Positions 13,402 to 26,922 of a stretch of DNA of 64,000 bases are shown one piece after another. A program made the translations under genes and the position numbers. A model generated the notes under the pieces. That model was not told where the DNA came from. It was given only the letters and a program-made list of their open reading frames with translations, and ran no database searches. Source of the DNA: Psilocybe cubensis (taxonomy: Eukaryota). Each line of letters starts with the position of its first letter. The first letter of the stretch is position 1. The stretch spans positions 434,001-498,000 of the forward strand of contig CM039007.1 of assembly GCA_017499595.2 (NCBI GenBank), given 5' to 3'.

Positions 13402-15135
13402 TTAATCTGAATCACTGTCCACGGGGTTACCATCCAAGTCATAAGCGGATCTACTCGACGCCCGTGATATTGGTCTAGGAATAATAGCTGGTGTAGACTG
13501 GAGCAAAGGCACACGTTCAGGCGGTGGAGCAGAATTAGAACGGGTGGTACCCACGGCATCCAAGGGATGAGAAGGTGGTGCAACACCAAATATTGGAGGC
13601 GGCATAGCGCCAGGGGGCAGGTTCGGGGGTGGAGAGGATACGGCAACGGGGAAAGGTGGAGGCGGAGGCATTAGCACCACTTCCTCTTCTGGAGGCGGCG
13701 GTATTGATGGTGGGATGTCCGCATATGAGCGTGTAGTGCGGGTGCCATTTAGATACGGACTTGACGTGAGCGACGAAAGCAATGTCGAGTTGTTGGCGTC
13801 GGTCGCTAGTGCAACAGTGTACGTTGGAGGCTCTGAAGGAATGACGGTGTCTGGGAAGAATCTCGGTACAAACGGAGCGGGCCCCGCCATGGGAGGTGAA
13901 TCGTCGGATCCATTGGTGTGGAGTGACTCGCTATCCAGACGATCCCTGGCTGCAGCAAGGCGCCTTCTTCGAATGATACTTATGGCCAAGCCGAGGGAGA
14001 AGATGGCAAGGATTCCAACACTTCCTCCTACAGCACCGGCGAAGGTAGCAACGTTTCGGTTCTTCTCACTTCTACAAAGGTGAAGAAGAAGTGATCAGAG
14101 TTCTGTGATAGAAAATGCCGCAAGAAGGCGCGCAAATCGCCGACAACGGTACGAATTCGATACTTACCGATCAACGGTCGGGCTTGGCGTAGTCTCAGCT
14201 AATGGTGTCGGTGACCCGGTATCAGTGGGGGTACTACTTGAGGCTTCGGTAGTGTATACGAGATAGTCAAAAATGAATGTTGAGTTCTCGCCGACATGCA
14301 CAACAAGTTGATGAGGCGAATCCTCTAGGCCCGTTTTTGAAAACACAGTAGCGTTCGCAAACGAACCAGAAGAACCGTCAGCGTCTGCGGAACCAGCATG
14401 TCGGAAGTCCCCAGCTGCCTCCCCGTCTAGCACAAACGAAAGATTCATGTTAGTGGGAGCGCCGTTGGGCATCTGCGAGACGAATCCTCTCGGTTGAAGG
14501 GCGAAGAGAGAAATTGCAGATCCTGGAAGATCGTTAGAATGAAGCACACAGAGCAGAGAAGTACTTACCAGTGAAATTGAATGAAAGTGTAATATTCATT
14601 CCATCGTCGTCAGGATCGCTTCTGGAAATGAAACGAAGACGAGGAACTCCACGACGAGTATTCCCAGATTTTTTCTTCTCTGTTGAGGATTTCTTGGACT
14701 TGTTTGTTGAATCGTTATCGTCATCATCATCATCGTTCTCCTGATCATCATCGTCGTCATCGCCATCGTTTCCTGGGTCTCCTTTGCCGTCAGTGGGAGG
14801 GTGTGTTGATGCTGGTTGGGCGGCCAATTGGGGGTCAGAAGGTTGAGGTAATGTAGGAGATGAGTGTGCCGTTGCTGACGGCGAAAGGGAAGTACTTGAT
14901 TGGACGTCATCGGCGTCGAATACATGAACAGCTTCGTGGTACGACAGCATCCCTCCCGGATTCAGACATGTTGAACATGATTGTGAATTGGAAAACCAGA
15001 ACTTTTGAGGCTGGTAAACTATGGAGGGATCTGTATCCTGTACCACCACGTCTGCCGCCGTTACAGAGTAGTGTGTTTGCAACCAGCAAGACAATATGAT
15101 AGTGAGGCGTAAAAGGGTCGTGCGCAGGTTAACAT
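13402..15135 (-). CDS. Single-pass type I membrane protein: beta-sandwich-like ectodomain with an acidic/Ser-Pro insert, TM helix, Pro-rich tail
   Basis: VVVQDTDPSIVYQP..W..CSTC..SYH, ITLSFNFTGSAISLF, FIFDYLVYT, FAGAVGGSVGILAIFSLGLAISIIRRRR. The 5' end is unclear because the ATG at 15135 is out of frame with the signal-peptide frame. Confidence 0.7.
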
Positions 15136-15795
15136 GATGATTTCTAATCCAACTTCAGCGTCAACAACTACTGCCACAGAATTCTTCATGACTCACGACA
15201 TAACGACGAGCAACTGAATTGTCGTAAACCTCAGTCACAAACCAGTAAAGTCCAGGGGATGAATAGACAAAAGGTAGGAGGGGAGGAGGGGCGTGAGAGG
15301 GGCTCAACATTTGGACCTAGCAGTTAATCTAGTTAAAGGGAGATCGCCCGAAATGCATTTGCCCACGAGTTAGATTTATCCGGTCCAGGTATCGCAGTAG
15401 TCTCGGGAAACAGATGAGAACTAGAGCCCGGGTGTTCGTGGAAGTTTGCACCTAAACGGCCATCGCAGATTGCCGGACACCACACCTTGGCCTTGGTATC
15501 CAACAGGATTCCCAGCTCTATGTTATATTCCTCCAGAGGCGGCGCAGCCAATCTGGATGACAAGTAACTAGTTGGGATCAAGGAGGTTGGAACATTCAAC
15601 TGAAGGATGACTGTAAGTGCCAAGGCAAGATTTGTTTTCAGAATTACAACACAGGCCGCGTGACTTATTTGTAACAGAATCTTATCGTCACCAGGCAATC
15701 TAATCAATGACTCTCTTGAACGCAGTGGTCAATGTCGTCCTGCGTTTGTCTCTTCGATAACAACCATCACCACTACGCCAGGTACCTCCGAAACA

Positions 15796-17818
15796 ATGGC
15801 TCTTCGACGGTACACAAAACAGGTGGATGGTACTATCCCCGTGCAAGCACTTCTCTATAATGACGAAGAGCTGTTGGCAAGTCAAGATGGTGTTGGGATA
15901 TACGATGGGTAAGTAATATGCGAATCGGTGGGTCTGTCACAGGGTCTCTTCCATACTAAAGTATTTCCACCTTTATTCATTGCATAAGTTCCCAGAAAGC
16001 ACCGGATCATCAGCTTGGGACGGTACATGTAACCAGCCACCGACTGTTCTTTCTAAATGCACACAAAGCACGGGCAAAGTCGTTTGAAATGCCTCTGTCG
16101 TCCATTGTGCAGACAGAGTACTATGCAGGACTTTTCAAGTCATCAGCCAAGATCACCTGTCATCTTTCTGGAAATCCCGTTGGTTTGGGTTCAAATGAAG
16201 ACGGAGCACATGCAGCCCAGTTTGACAGTTGGGAATGTGAAGTGTGCGCATATCGTAATCCACCTGGCTTCAGTCCAACTGCTGCACGCATTTGTGATCT
16301 ATGTGGTGTTCCTCGCACGACGGTTCCGACTCCCATTACTTCGGTGTCGTCACATCACCATTCTACTTCTCTCCCGACGTCCGCTTTATCCTCGTCTACA
16401 TCCTTACCTTCGGGGTCGCGTTCAGCTTCCTCGCATGGAACAAAGCTAGCATCCATTGCATGCCCCGCATGCACCTTCCTCAACCACCCATCCTTACTTT
16501 CATGTGAAATATGCGACACTGATCTTCCTCGACTCAGCACGGAACTTAAGTCGGCGCCTTCTTCTCGACCTCTCACACCCGACTCAGATGATGATGACGC
16601 TACACCATCAAAGTCGATCAAGATTAGTTTTCGCAAAGGAGGAGACAAACCCCTTTACGCAGTGCTAAAGCGTGCCTTGAAAACCAAATCCTGGGAGGTG
16701 GGTCCATTTATTTATGAACCATGACAGGAAAAGGGCGTACTTATTCCATGTTCTCGCCTTATACATCAGCAGAACGGCACGGAGTCCCTGATAAACGCGA
16801 ACGGTACTGATGCCGACCATCGAAATGCTACTGGAAGGTCAGGAATATGTGAGTGGTGCCTTGTTCTTTTTATATAACAGAGCATTCCTGTGAACGTTAA
16901 ACTTTTTTTGATTTCATCGTTTCGAAAAGCTGGTATTCTCAGGACGGTGGAAACTTCTGCTAAAGGACGAGAAACGCACATGAAGGATGCCTTACAGGAT
17001 CTGGAAGCTTTCATGGTGAAAGCGAAAGACATGGTAAAACTGGCTGCGGAGCTCAATGAAAAACTTACAGCAATTTCGGCCACGAACGGAAAGGACACTG
17101 GTGTGATGTCAACGTCCGGGGTAGCAGAGCCTGAGGAGGCGACGTTCATTCGGTCTTCGCTTTCTCAGCTGGGACTCAAAATGGAAAATACTCCTGTGAC
17201 GCTCGATATGATGAAAGACGAGCGAAGATGGATTGACGAGCTTGCCCGCGAGCTTGCACGAGTTTTACAGGGCTCATCATCTAGTACAGACCAAGCACGC
17301 GGTATGATGAAAGACCGCGGAATCATTGCTCTCGACGAGGTATGGGGAGGCTGGAATCGTGCGAGAGGCGTAGGTGAGCGACTCGCTCATCGTATATTTA
17401 TAGGCTATTCGCTAAGATATGACGGGTTCCCCTAATTCACTAAGCTCTCATCCCACCCTCGACACTCCTCCAAGTGGTGCCTCACCTTCCCGCGAATACC
17501 AACCCCACCATTTGCCACCGTACATTTTCCTCGGGACTCAATGTTCTGCACACCCCGCCGTACTCGCAAGCTGCCTTTGGGGCGAGGCTCTCGAGTTTCC
17601 TTATGATGGCCGGGCCGAAGACTACAGTGGAAATAGCCACGGCCGAAGACCTGACCGTTGCTCTGGTTTCTGAGATGATAGACGACGTGGAGAAAGATGG
17701 AGGTGTTGTACGAGATGACAGCACTGCTGCTATTACGGGCGGCGGAAGTGGGACTGGTGCAGAGGTGAGATGGTGGGGAAATGTATTCCAAGGGTATATT
17801 TGGGACGGTCAAGAATAA
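15796..17818 (+). CDS. VPS36: ESCRT-II subunit Vps36 (GLUE domain with two NZF zinc fingers, EAP30 winged helices)
   Basis: GTVHVTSHRLFF, WECEVCAYRN..CDLCG, IACPACTFLNHPSLLSCEICD, IKISFRKGGDK, ALQDLEAFMVKAKDMVKLA, WNRARGV, VRDD. Confidence 0.95.
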
Positions 17819-18465
17819 TAGAGTTTACATGGGTATTCACACCCCGCATTTGTGTTTTGTGGAGAGCTATGATTTTTTTGACCAGCGCAATCGATCCCAG
17901 GACCTACAAAACAAGTTCTTAGGCAGATACTGGTTTCCTCTTGGTAGTATCTGCAACCGCTTCATATTTTCCAAAGTTTTTGGTCTGGGATAGAGACGGA
18001 ACATACCTCACCGAATTTATCGGGTGAATAGACATTTGAAAAGAAGCTATGGTTTCTATTGGTTGCGATCGATTAGCTTCTCACTCACTTCTTTTTCCTA
18101 TAGAGACATTTCCCCAAAGTTTGATTCTGACATGAGTGGTCGGCAATAATACTGACTTTAACGCGCATCTTCAATTGGCTGCAATGGTATGTCGGAAAAC
18201 CTATCAGCGGAGACTTGTTTGTGCGGTAACGGTAATACGAAATCCACTTTGATGCGAATTCATTCCTCAATAGCCGTATGACATCGAAAACCGGTTACTG
18301 TCATATGGAGCCTGTTTAACTACCAATTAGAATTGATCAATAGATCGACAAATGGCCACTGGTGACTTGGGATGGAGTCCACATGTCCAATCAGGCCTTC
18401 CGCGTCCCAATTCGATGGATAAATCTCGCATTTTGTGATTGGATATTCATGGAATTTTGAGTGGA

Positions 18466-19591
18466 CTACGCGACTGAGCCACGAGGGGATAAAAGAGACC
18501 TTGATTCACGTCTATCGAGATCGATAGGAAGTCCTGCATTCTTCCATGCTTCATATCCTCCAATGATATCGGTCGCGTTCAGCATTCCCAATTGCTGGAG
18601 AGAATAGGCTGCAAGGCTGATGACATTATGAGCCATTGCATCATGCTTCAGACATTCAATCGTTAATTACCTCGAAGTATACCCTTCCTGGCAGAACACG
18701 ATGATTCGAAGGTCGTATCTGTCCGCAATGGCGAGGTGGGATGCACACCTCGGATCAAATCTCCATTCCAAAACGTTTCTCTCGATGATGAGGGAGCCGT
18801 GGATACCCCCTTCGAGCTCGCGTTGCGCCTGGGGTCGAATGTCAACCAGAAACGTGGGGGCTCCCACCTGCGTTTCTCGCAACTCATCATACGCCTGTGC
18901 AGCACTGACGCGTTGGAGCTTTGCACGTGCTAGGGAGAGGGTTTCGTCGATCCCGCGCGAGCCTGGGGGCGGGGTCAGCGGGTCCATCGGGCTTCGCGCG
19001 GCTTTGCGCACGACGTCCCACAAGGCTTCTTCATCGTAAGGAGACACGCCCAGGTCCATGACGTTAGCAATCCATCGGTCGTCCTCGTCGTTCGCGGCTA
19101 CTATCCTGCCGATGAACTTGGAGCTCGCGAGGAGGACTGCGCGCTGGACGTACTCCTGAGAAGAGCCTGAGATGATCAACGTGCTGGGAACGGACACTGC
19201 AGACTGCGCAATGGTCGCGACGACAAACAGATGGTTGCTTAGAGTTAGTTGGTGTTTTACATGGTCTGCAACCATTCTTAGGAAGTTCTCGTCTCCGCTT
19301 TTCGACATGACCATCCTAACACCGATTCTCACGCCTGGAACGAGGAAGATTAGTATCTCGTTCATTGAATGCTAATATCTCACCATCGAAAACTTGGAAT
19401 TTGGTGACTGTTTGGACGGCTATCTCTCGGGATACCTGCTCGCGGACATCAGCCAATGTACGACGTGGTAATGGACCACTGGGAACGAGAGCAGCCTGGT
19501 CGATTACAGATGCAGGAGTTGTAGAGTCGCTTTTGTTACTGTAATGTGCCACAGAGTCTCGTGGAGAGATCTCTGGCTCAAAGCCTATCAT
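18466..19591 (-). CDS. Rhodanese-like domain protein
   Basis: FLVDIRPQAQRELEGGIHGSLIIERNVLEWRFDP..IIVFCQEGYTSSLAAYSLQQLGMLNATDIIGGYEAWKNAGLP. Confidence 0.9.
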
Positions 19592-19959
19592 GACTCTTTA
19601 TGATGGATTCAGTTTAACACTTGTTTATAGAACAAGCTCTTTTGGAATTCAACGAAATATTGAAAGAGAGGGTTAGATATTGGAATTTTGTACCGCGCAC
19701 CTAAACCGGCTGACTTGATGCGCTTACATAAAATTTGGCTGTCCGTTAATTGCCATGTGACCGGTAGTATTACGTAAGTAAATAGCTCCTCACAGACGGT
19801 ACATGGCATCACGGCATCACGGCGATAAGCGAACCCCAGACGAACTTCGTGCATGGACACGCGTCCAAGAAAAAGTACGAAACAAAAAGGACTACACACT
19901 CGATCCAGGATAATAGTTACAAGCTACAACGCTTAATTCTGTCCTGAGGTTTGATTTTC

Positions 19960-20830
19960 TGATCCGAGAATTATAGTGAGCATATTTGGACTCTCTGAGG
20001 AAGGAAATCTAATTAAAATATAACAGTAAAAGAAGCATGGGGGTCCGGTATGGTGTCAACTCACTATTTTGAGTCATTTAACCCTCGCCTCATAGCTAAC
20101 CCCTGCAATCATGACGATACAGAAGCGGGCCAACATGTTAACAGGTTGCCACGGTCAAATTAATAGCCTACTGCTTGTGAACGTCAGCTGGTCCTGCAGG
20201 TTGGATATATGACTATCGAAATAAAAATACTTGCATTCCGAAAATGCAGACCTAGGAATGACTTGGGCATCCTCTATATTCCGGGAAAGGCAAATAAAAA
20301 AGACTGTAACAGGAAAAGAAGCCATGGCTTCGGTCTGCTATTTACTCCCTACTCTGAGTCATTTAACTCCCACCTCCCGGTTAACTCCCGAAATCATGAC
20401 ACCACGGAAGCGGGCCATGTACACAAACATAAACCCAGTATACATCACCTAACTATCCGATATTACCGACGACCGTCGAACTCATGGCTTACTGAACTTG
20501 ACCACTGCCTGGTCTTTCAGGATAAAATGCTAAATAGGAAAAAGAGTACTTGGATTCCGGAAATGAGGAGCGAATGACTTCTAGATCTTCTGCATTCCGA
20601 GAAAGGAAAATAACACAGATTGTAGAAGGAAAAGAAGCCTTGTGGTCGGGTCTGGTATTTACACCCTATCTTGAGTCATATAACTCGCAACTCCTGGTGA
20701 ACGTCCGAAATTATGGTGCCACAGAAGTGGGCCATATCCACAAACACAAGCCCGGTATGCATCACAGAAATTATCCAAGACTATGGGTCGAAGCCGTAGC
20801 TTGCTACGTGTCACACCAGCTGGTCCTGTG
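19960..20830. repeat. Three diverged tandem copies of a ~290-320 bp unit
   Basis: Shared core AAAAGAAGC..GGT..TGAGTCAT(T/A)TAAC..AATCATGAC/ATTATGGT..AC(A/G)GAAG(C/T)GGGCCA recurs near 20025-20132, 20310-20420 and 20625-20735. Confidence 0.8.
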
Positions 20831-20877
20831 AACCGAATAAAAAAACGTGTATCTTCGGGAAGTGCGAGCCTACGTAT

Positions 20878-21643
20878 TCAAAGCGCGGCCTTGTCATCTT
20901 CAGCTTGTGGTACGGCCACTGTCTGTGAGCTGGATCCCGGGGGTGCTTGTTCAGTATTTTCATTCTCCTGAGGTTTGGCCTTTGTTTCGTCATCTTTCTG
21001 AGATCCACCTGCTGTATTCTGAGCAGCTCCGTCTTTCAACCATTGTACAAGTTTTACGTTATCACGCTAAACATACGAAAAGATGTTTAGAATTGGTTAT
21101 CGAAGATGATACTAGTGCATTCTTCTCACCATCCGTTGACGGTGGAACAACCAGACAGGCGGCCGCGGAAGTCCTAAATACGTCTGGATGAAATAAATGC
21201 GCTTCGCCTCCTCGGGATGCTTCAAATGTTTCATTCTGGAGTTATCCGCGACCAGGAATACCGGAACTTCCACGTCCCCAATGGCAATATCTGCATACTC
21301 ACACTTGTAGTAGAATAGACAATCCATCATGTCCGAACATGCGGTAGACGCTTTATCCCAGTCCGACTTACCGACCTCCAGTTCGTTTTTCTCTGCAAAA
21401 CGTATGAAGTCGGACCACCGAAGTGGGAATCCAAGCACCCTGTAGGACACTTTGCCATTGGGAACCCATCGAGGTGGAAACGGTGGGAGGGTCCATCCCT
21501 CTGGAGGTTCTTTGAACTCTGCAGGATGCACAGGCCATTCTTCCATATCTGTGGCGCCTTCATACCATCTTCTCCGTCGTTAGTTAGCTTAATGAGAGAA
21601 TTTGAAGAAAGAGAATGACTAACGGGACAGTTTTCTTTACCAT
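20878..21643 (-). CDS. Hypothetical protein, inverted paralog A
   Basis: 3 exons: MVKKTVP|WYEGATDMEEWPVHPAEFKEPPEGWTLPPFPPRW..YRVLGFPLRWSDFIRFAE..RPPVWLFHRQRM|RDNVKL..; highly similar to 28062-28806 with the same intron positions. Confidence 0.75.
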
Positions 21644-21769
21644 TTGTCACAACCTGTAGCGTGTTGGGTAAGGGCAAGTGTACTCGCTGTCAAGGTCATT
21701 CAATTCAATTCAACTTAAATAGTGGCACGTGAAATATTTCACACGACACTGACTCATTGTTAATTGAAT

Positions 21770-22225
21770 CACGATGAAGATGAGGAAGAGGAAGACAACA
21801 AAGGCGCTGATCAGGGTAAGGAGAAGGAGCAGGGAGAGGCAGAGCAGGGAGAGGAGGCGAAGCAAGGAAAGGAAGGAGAGGGGAAGGACGGAGAGGAGGA
21901 CAAGGACGAGGAGTGAGAGGTCGAAGACGAGGGTGAGGAGAGAGAGGAGGATCACCAAAATGGCGCAAACAATATGCAAGAAGCCTTACGACTATTCTAC
22001 AGCAGTCCTGGAGATGAGTTAGTTGGCCCCATTACCGGTAACATATCCAACGCCATACCACGCAAAGAATGGAGAAAACCACTGTTGCTAGGTTATCTCG
22101 ATGGCATTGTCCCCGAAAATGCAGCCAGACAAGCAGCTCCAAAGGCAAAGAAAAAAGACGTTGGGGCAAATACGGCGTCTCACGAAATGCCTGACTCGCA
22201 AGAAAGTGTTGCAACGCATGATTAG
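21770..22225 (+). pseudogene. 3' relic of an acidic-tract protein gene
   Basis: Frame reads DEDEEEEDNKGADQG..DKDEE*EVEDEGEE..MQEALRLFYSSPGDELVGP..EWRKPLLLGYLDG; internal stop and no upstream exon space. Confidence 0.4.
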
Positions 22226-22529
22226 CATCATGTATGGCGTCAAGTAAATTTCATTTCATCTACCCAAGAACACCGTTCAAGCATCCTCAGATCATGAGGT
22301 GTAGCTTTCTCCAATTTGAAGAAGATCACTATCACGAAATAGACAAAGTTAGTTATGCGATATGGAATAGGTAGCGTACATACCACGTTGGCTACCGAAT
22401 CAGAAACTGTATTATTACATGAACCAATTACAAAGAAATGTGTGCACCCATATTTGAGTCCTTTGCAAAAAGTCTCCGTGGAGGCATCGTGTAATTTTGG
22501 TTTGGGCAGGGCGGGTGGACTTGCCCATG

Positions 22530-22680
22530 ACGGTAGGAAGACGACAATGCGGAGCTCTTCGCCTTACTTAGTGCGCCAGAACGGAGGCAGGCGTTACGAG
22601 CTCGCGATTGGGAACTCAGCGTCGTGGTCGCGGTCGCGGTCAGCGCGTGGGGCGACGGACAGGTGGGATGTACCCATGCA
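22530..22680 (-). pseudogene. Degenerate fragment paralogous to the 54399-55171 gene
   Basis: Minus frame reads DRDHDAEFPIASS*RLPPFWRTK*G versus HDHDAELPIASSQRL..PAFWRTKWG at ~54750-54845. Confidence 0.6.
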
Positions 22681-23526
22681 TCAGCTCTCGCTGCGGTCCG
22701 TGCGCATTATCGCACTCACTGAGAGGCGTAACATCATCGTCGACTTCAAGCGCTACGCGCTGCGCACCAAGAAGATTAATGGCGCGTTGGTCAACTACAA
22801 CGTCTGGTGAGCAGAATCCGCACTCCGCATTGAAATGAGCACTGAGGACGTGTGTTCAACAGGAATGGAGCACCATCCCACAAAGCACGCACACGCCCAC
22901 GCCCACCCGTCCACCTATGCGACCACACCCGCACCACCAGGCCGCGACGAGCCATTTCCATTTCCCCGGCGTGCATGGCACGAAAAATACTCCTATACTT
23001 ACCCAGCGGTTCGAATTCCTGTCAATATTGCAGGCGCTCAAATGCACCTTCCCATCCCTTCAGCTTCAGCTCCGGCTTTCCATGTATCAGGCACGTCAAG
23101 TCATCCAAATTCCAAATTTCAGATTCGAGTCAAAGTCCAAAGATGAGAATTCCATTGGGGACTGGGAAGGGGAGTTAGCTGGCAAAGAGTACGTCCCGAT
23201 ATAATCCAGATACACAGAGAAAATGCCCAGGTTCTTTAAACTTAAGGTCAAGGAGGTGAACACAAACCCAGCGGGGAGCCGTAGCCATATTAAAACGGTT
23301 GTGGAATGGACGAGACGGGTGATGTGAGCTGAGTTAGATCGGATGAGGGGTTGAGCTAATAGTAAGAGTGAATTTGTCTTTGTTTGCATCTGACGCTGCC
23401 ATGCGCATCATCAAATACGTGTTCAGACATCAACTTGCTGATCACTGCGACGAACGACGAGCACCAAGGTTTTCTTTGTCCAATTCAGCTTGATCCACAA
23501 GATTCTTTACCACTATCACAGCTGCG

Positions 23527-24151
23527 ATGTTCAATTCCTTCAAGAGGAAACTCGTAGGCAACGATCTCTTCATTGTTGGACTGCGAGAGCTGAAATGAAT
23601 GTGGTTCGCAATGCCACTTTGTTCTCGCATCTAGCCCGAGATATCAATCTTGTGCGTTCTGGGACATGAGATGCGGTATTGAAAGCAAATTAATATTTCT
23701 TCGATGGAATCGTAGCCATAAACCCTCCTCACCGCCTTCGCAAAAAGCGCTGGAGCTTTTGAAAGCGTCGCTATCTGCACCATACCCACCAGTGACCTCT
23801 TCATCATCCTCTTCGACCGAGAACGCAGGGAAACCACTTGACTTCAATCTCGAAGTCGTCGAGTCTCCACCAACGTCTGACCAGCTCCAGGTCATCCTCT
23901 CGTATCTACCTTCGCCTGCAGCAAACCCGTCTTTGGTGTTCCTCTCTGCACACCCGTCCAATGCACTGAGCGCGGCGGAGCAGCCGACGACGGTGAAGGG
24001 TATCGCAGAGCTGGCGCAGAAGAATCCAAATGCAATCAAGTGGCCGATTGTGGTTGATTGGCTGGATGGCAAGGCGAGTATCGGGAGTGTGGACGGTGTC
24101 AAGGGAATTTTGGAGCATTTGCGGAAGAAGAGGGATGGGGAGGTCGAGTGA
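23527..24151 (+). CDS. FMP46: Thioredoxin-like DUF1687/Fmp46 family mitochondrial redox protein
   Basis: MFNSFKRKL|PEISIF|HKPSSPPSQKALELL..LEVVESPPTSDQLQVILSYL..IKWPIVVDWLDGKASIG. Confidence 0.8.
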
Positions 24152-25004
24152 GCGGGGTGAGGGACAGAAAAGAGAGATAAAGGGTGTATGGCGGGACGTC
24201 GACTCAACTCTGAATGCAAACGCGCATATATTTATGCGAAGAGGTTGCCTGTGCATTTTTTATTGTATTTTCCTTATTTCATTGATATCCGGGGTTTTCC
24301 ACAGACCAATTGATGGCCAGCGCCCATATAATTAACCACGAATACTCCGATATACTAAGTGAGTATAGAGGCTAAAGCTGTTATTGACCTCAACAGGATT
24401 CGATCATTTCTTCGTGAGATTTCTTCCGAACTTTGGACTTTTATCACTTGATCTGTGGTGATCGCAAAGACTTACTTTTGCATGACAAAGGACCACAAGA
24501 AATTATGCATGCTTCACGCGTATAGGTGTGTTTTTTTCTTACTTTTTACTCACCTTGTAGTTGGCGACGGCGCCATACCATACGCGCAGGGCGTTTTGGG
24601 CGCCTGTATCTTCCGATAATATACTTTGCGAGTCTTAGAGTCCTTGTGCTTCATGCAGAATCCCGTATCGGCGTCTATGCAGCGCTTGAAGTATAGATGC
24701 TTGGAATCTCTATGACGGTCCTTAGTGGAGTCAAGGCGTGTGTGATTCGGCATCATTACCTGACTTTTATGACGGGATCTGCTGGTCGTTTCCAGTAGAC
24801 TGTCCAATTTCTTTTGCGCGTTTGACTTGAAAAATTTAGCTGATGAATTGTATCGCGATGGGTGTATATTTGAATCTGGCAGTACCTTCGTCGCCTCACT
24901 GTGCCTGCCAGGGGTGCTAGGCGTTGGATTCACGTGCCCCGCACCGATAACGAATCGCAATTGCAATTTTCGGGGCCATACCAACCTTCCCTCGCAACCT
25001 CATA

Positions 25005-25800
25005 ATGACCACACCCGGGCCAGGTTTTGCTGACTTTCGACAGGTCAGAAAGGCTTTGGTGCAATGTCAGACATGCTTCAAGTCCAGTAACACGGATGGT
25101 GTAACCCTATTCAAGTGCGCTGGCTGCAGAATGGCACTTTACTGCGTAAGTAATCCAATTCCCATGAAATGAAAAGCTAAAGTGCTGTCATTGCCAATAG
25201 AGTAAAGAGTGCCAAAAGGGAAACTGGAGAAACCATAAAGGAACTTGCTACAACCTTCAATTGCTGATCGCAGACTCCTCTTCGGCAGAGGACAAAATGG
25301 TGTGGGCGCTGGACCGGTACTGCAGCAAGAACCAACCACTACTCGCACAATACGGGGTGCGCGTTATGGATCTCGCTTCAGATATTACGCGCGGGAAACG
25401 TGATGTCTGTACTATTTTTCTGAAGTACGTGCCGGAGCTAGCAACGCGAGGAAAGCCGGAGCACGCGAAGTTCGTGGCAGTAGGAGTTGAAGTCAGGCCC
25501 ATTGAAAAATTTGGTGTACGACACAGGTTGCAGAGGTCTATCGACGCGTTCCATGGATATATAACGACCCGGCTCAGCAACGAGGGATTTATTGGTGGTT
25601 TTCTTGTCTTTCTCATGGTGGCAGGGACAAATGTAGCCAAATTATGCCCTATATCCTTCAAGGACGATATCTATCGGTTGGAGACTGGCCACGACTGGAC
25701 CAACACGATGCTCAGTGCGCTGAATGATGGAAAAAATGTAGCTGTAGTACCTCCAGAGTTGTACAGCTTGTGCACTCATATGCTACAATATTTAACATGA
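25005..25800 (+). CDS. MYND zinc-finger protein, paralog 1
   Basis: QCQTCFK..LFKCAGCRMALYC|SKECQKGNWRNHKGTC followed by a ~170 aa C-terminal domain. Confidence 0.88.
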
Positions 25801-25942
25801 TTGCTTCTGTCCGATTTGTGGGAAAGCCATCAAATCAGAGATTGCACACGATCATTTAAGCTTCAAGCCTCGGGTTTCTACTATTTCTAACACCATCCAA
25901 CGCCTCGCTCCTTTGTTACCTCAATATTTTGGGCCTGAATCC

Positions 25943-26678
25943 ATGCCTTTGGAGGAAAAAAGACTTCGAAAAGATCTTGTGCAATGTCAAGGTTGTTGGA
26001 AATCAGCAAATGATGGGGTCGCTCTCTTTAAGTGCGGAGGCTGTCAGGCATCATATTACTGTGTACGCCGTTATTAGTTTGATTATCTTAGGGGCACTAT
26101 GGACTGGGCATTTTTCTCACTTCTGAACGCAGAGCAAAGAGTGCCAAAAGGCTGTATGGCCACGTCATAAACCAGTATGTCAAGGCATCCGCAGCTTCAA
26201 AGGCGTGGGCAACCCTTCCATAAACGATCGACACAACTTGCTACGTGCGTACTGCATAAAGAAGCGCCCACTCATGATGTCCTACGGCTTGATGGCTCTC
26301 GATCTGCATCGAAACATGGCAAGATGGGAGAACGAGGTGTTTCACGTCATAGTGCACCCGTGGCCCGGAGAATCGAATCCCCGCCCAGATCAGACATTCC
26401 TTGCGATTGACGCGAAGCCGCGACGTATCGACGAGTTACACGAAGTACATGAACTGGGAATTCGTCAGGAGTTAGAGAAGCTTAAGGCTGAAGTGAAGGG
26501 AGACAAGCAACTGTGCGGTATGGTGGTCATAACGACGGACATCGAGAGCATGATATCTATAACGTGGCCAATTGCATTCACCGACGTGTTGCCCGCAATC
26601 CCTCCGGGAGTTGATGCGGACGACTGGAAAGAACCTCTACTTATCAAGTTAAATTTTGGTATGATACCCAAGGTTTGA
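25943..26678 (+). CDS. MYND zinc-finger protein, paralog 2
   Basis: QCQGCWK..LFKCGGCQASYYC|SKECQKAVWPRHKPVC plus a C-terminal domain ending WKEPLLIKLNFG. Confidence 0.88.
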
Positions 26679-26922
26679 TTTGGAATCGGATGGGAAATCA
26701 AATTATATTTATATCCGTCAAAATCACTTCTCTACCTTAGTATGCGTTCGCCTCCGGGCCTTTCTACTGAGCTTCCAACTTTAGCGCCCAACGTCAGTGT
26801 TACCAACCCATAAGATGTGGCTAGCTGGCCGGATCAATGATGTCTTATGCCGATCAAATTTCTGATCTGTACTAATTCTCCTTTGACAAGAACCACCATC
26901 ATCCCAAAACCAGCATAGGGAA

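Noticed and set aside
24550-24984. 144 aa minus-strand ORF upstream of MYND paralog 1
   Set aside because: No recognisable motif or splice support; likely chance.
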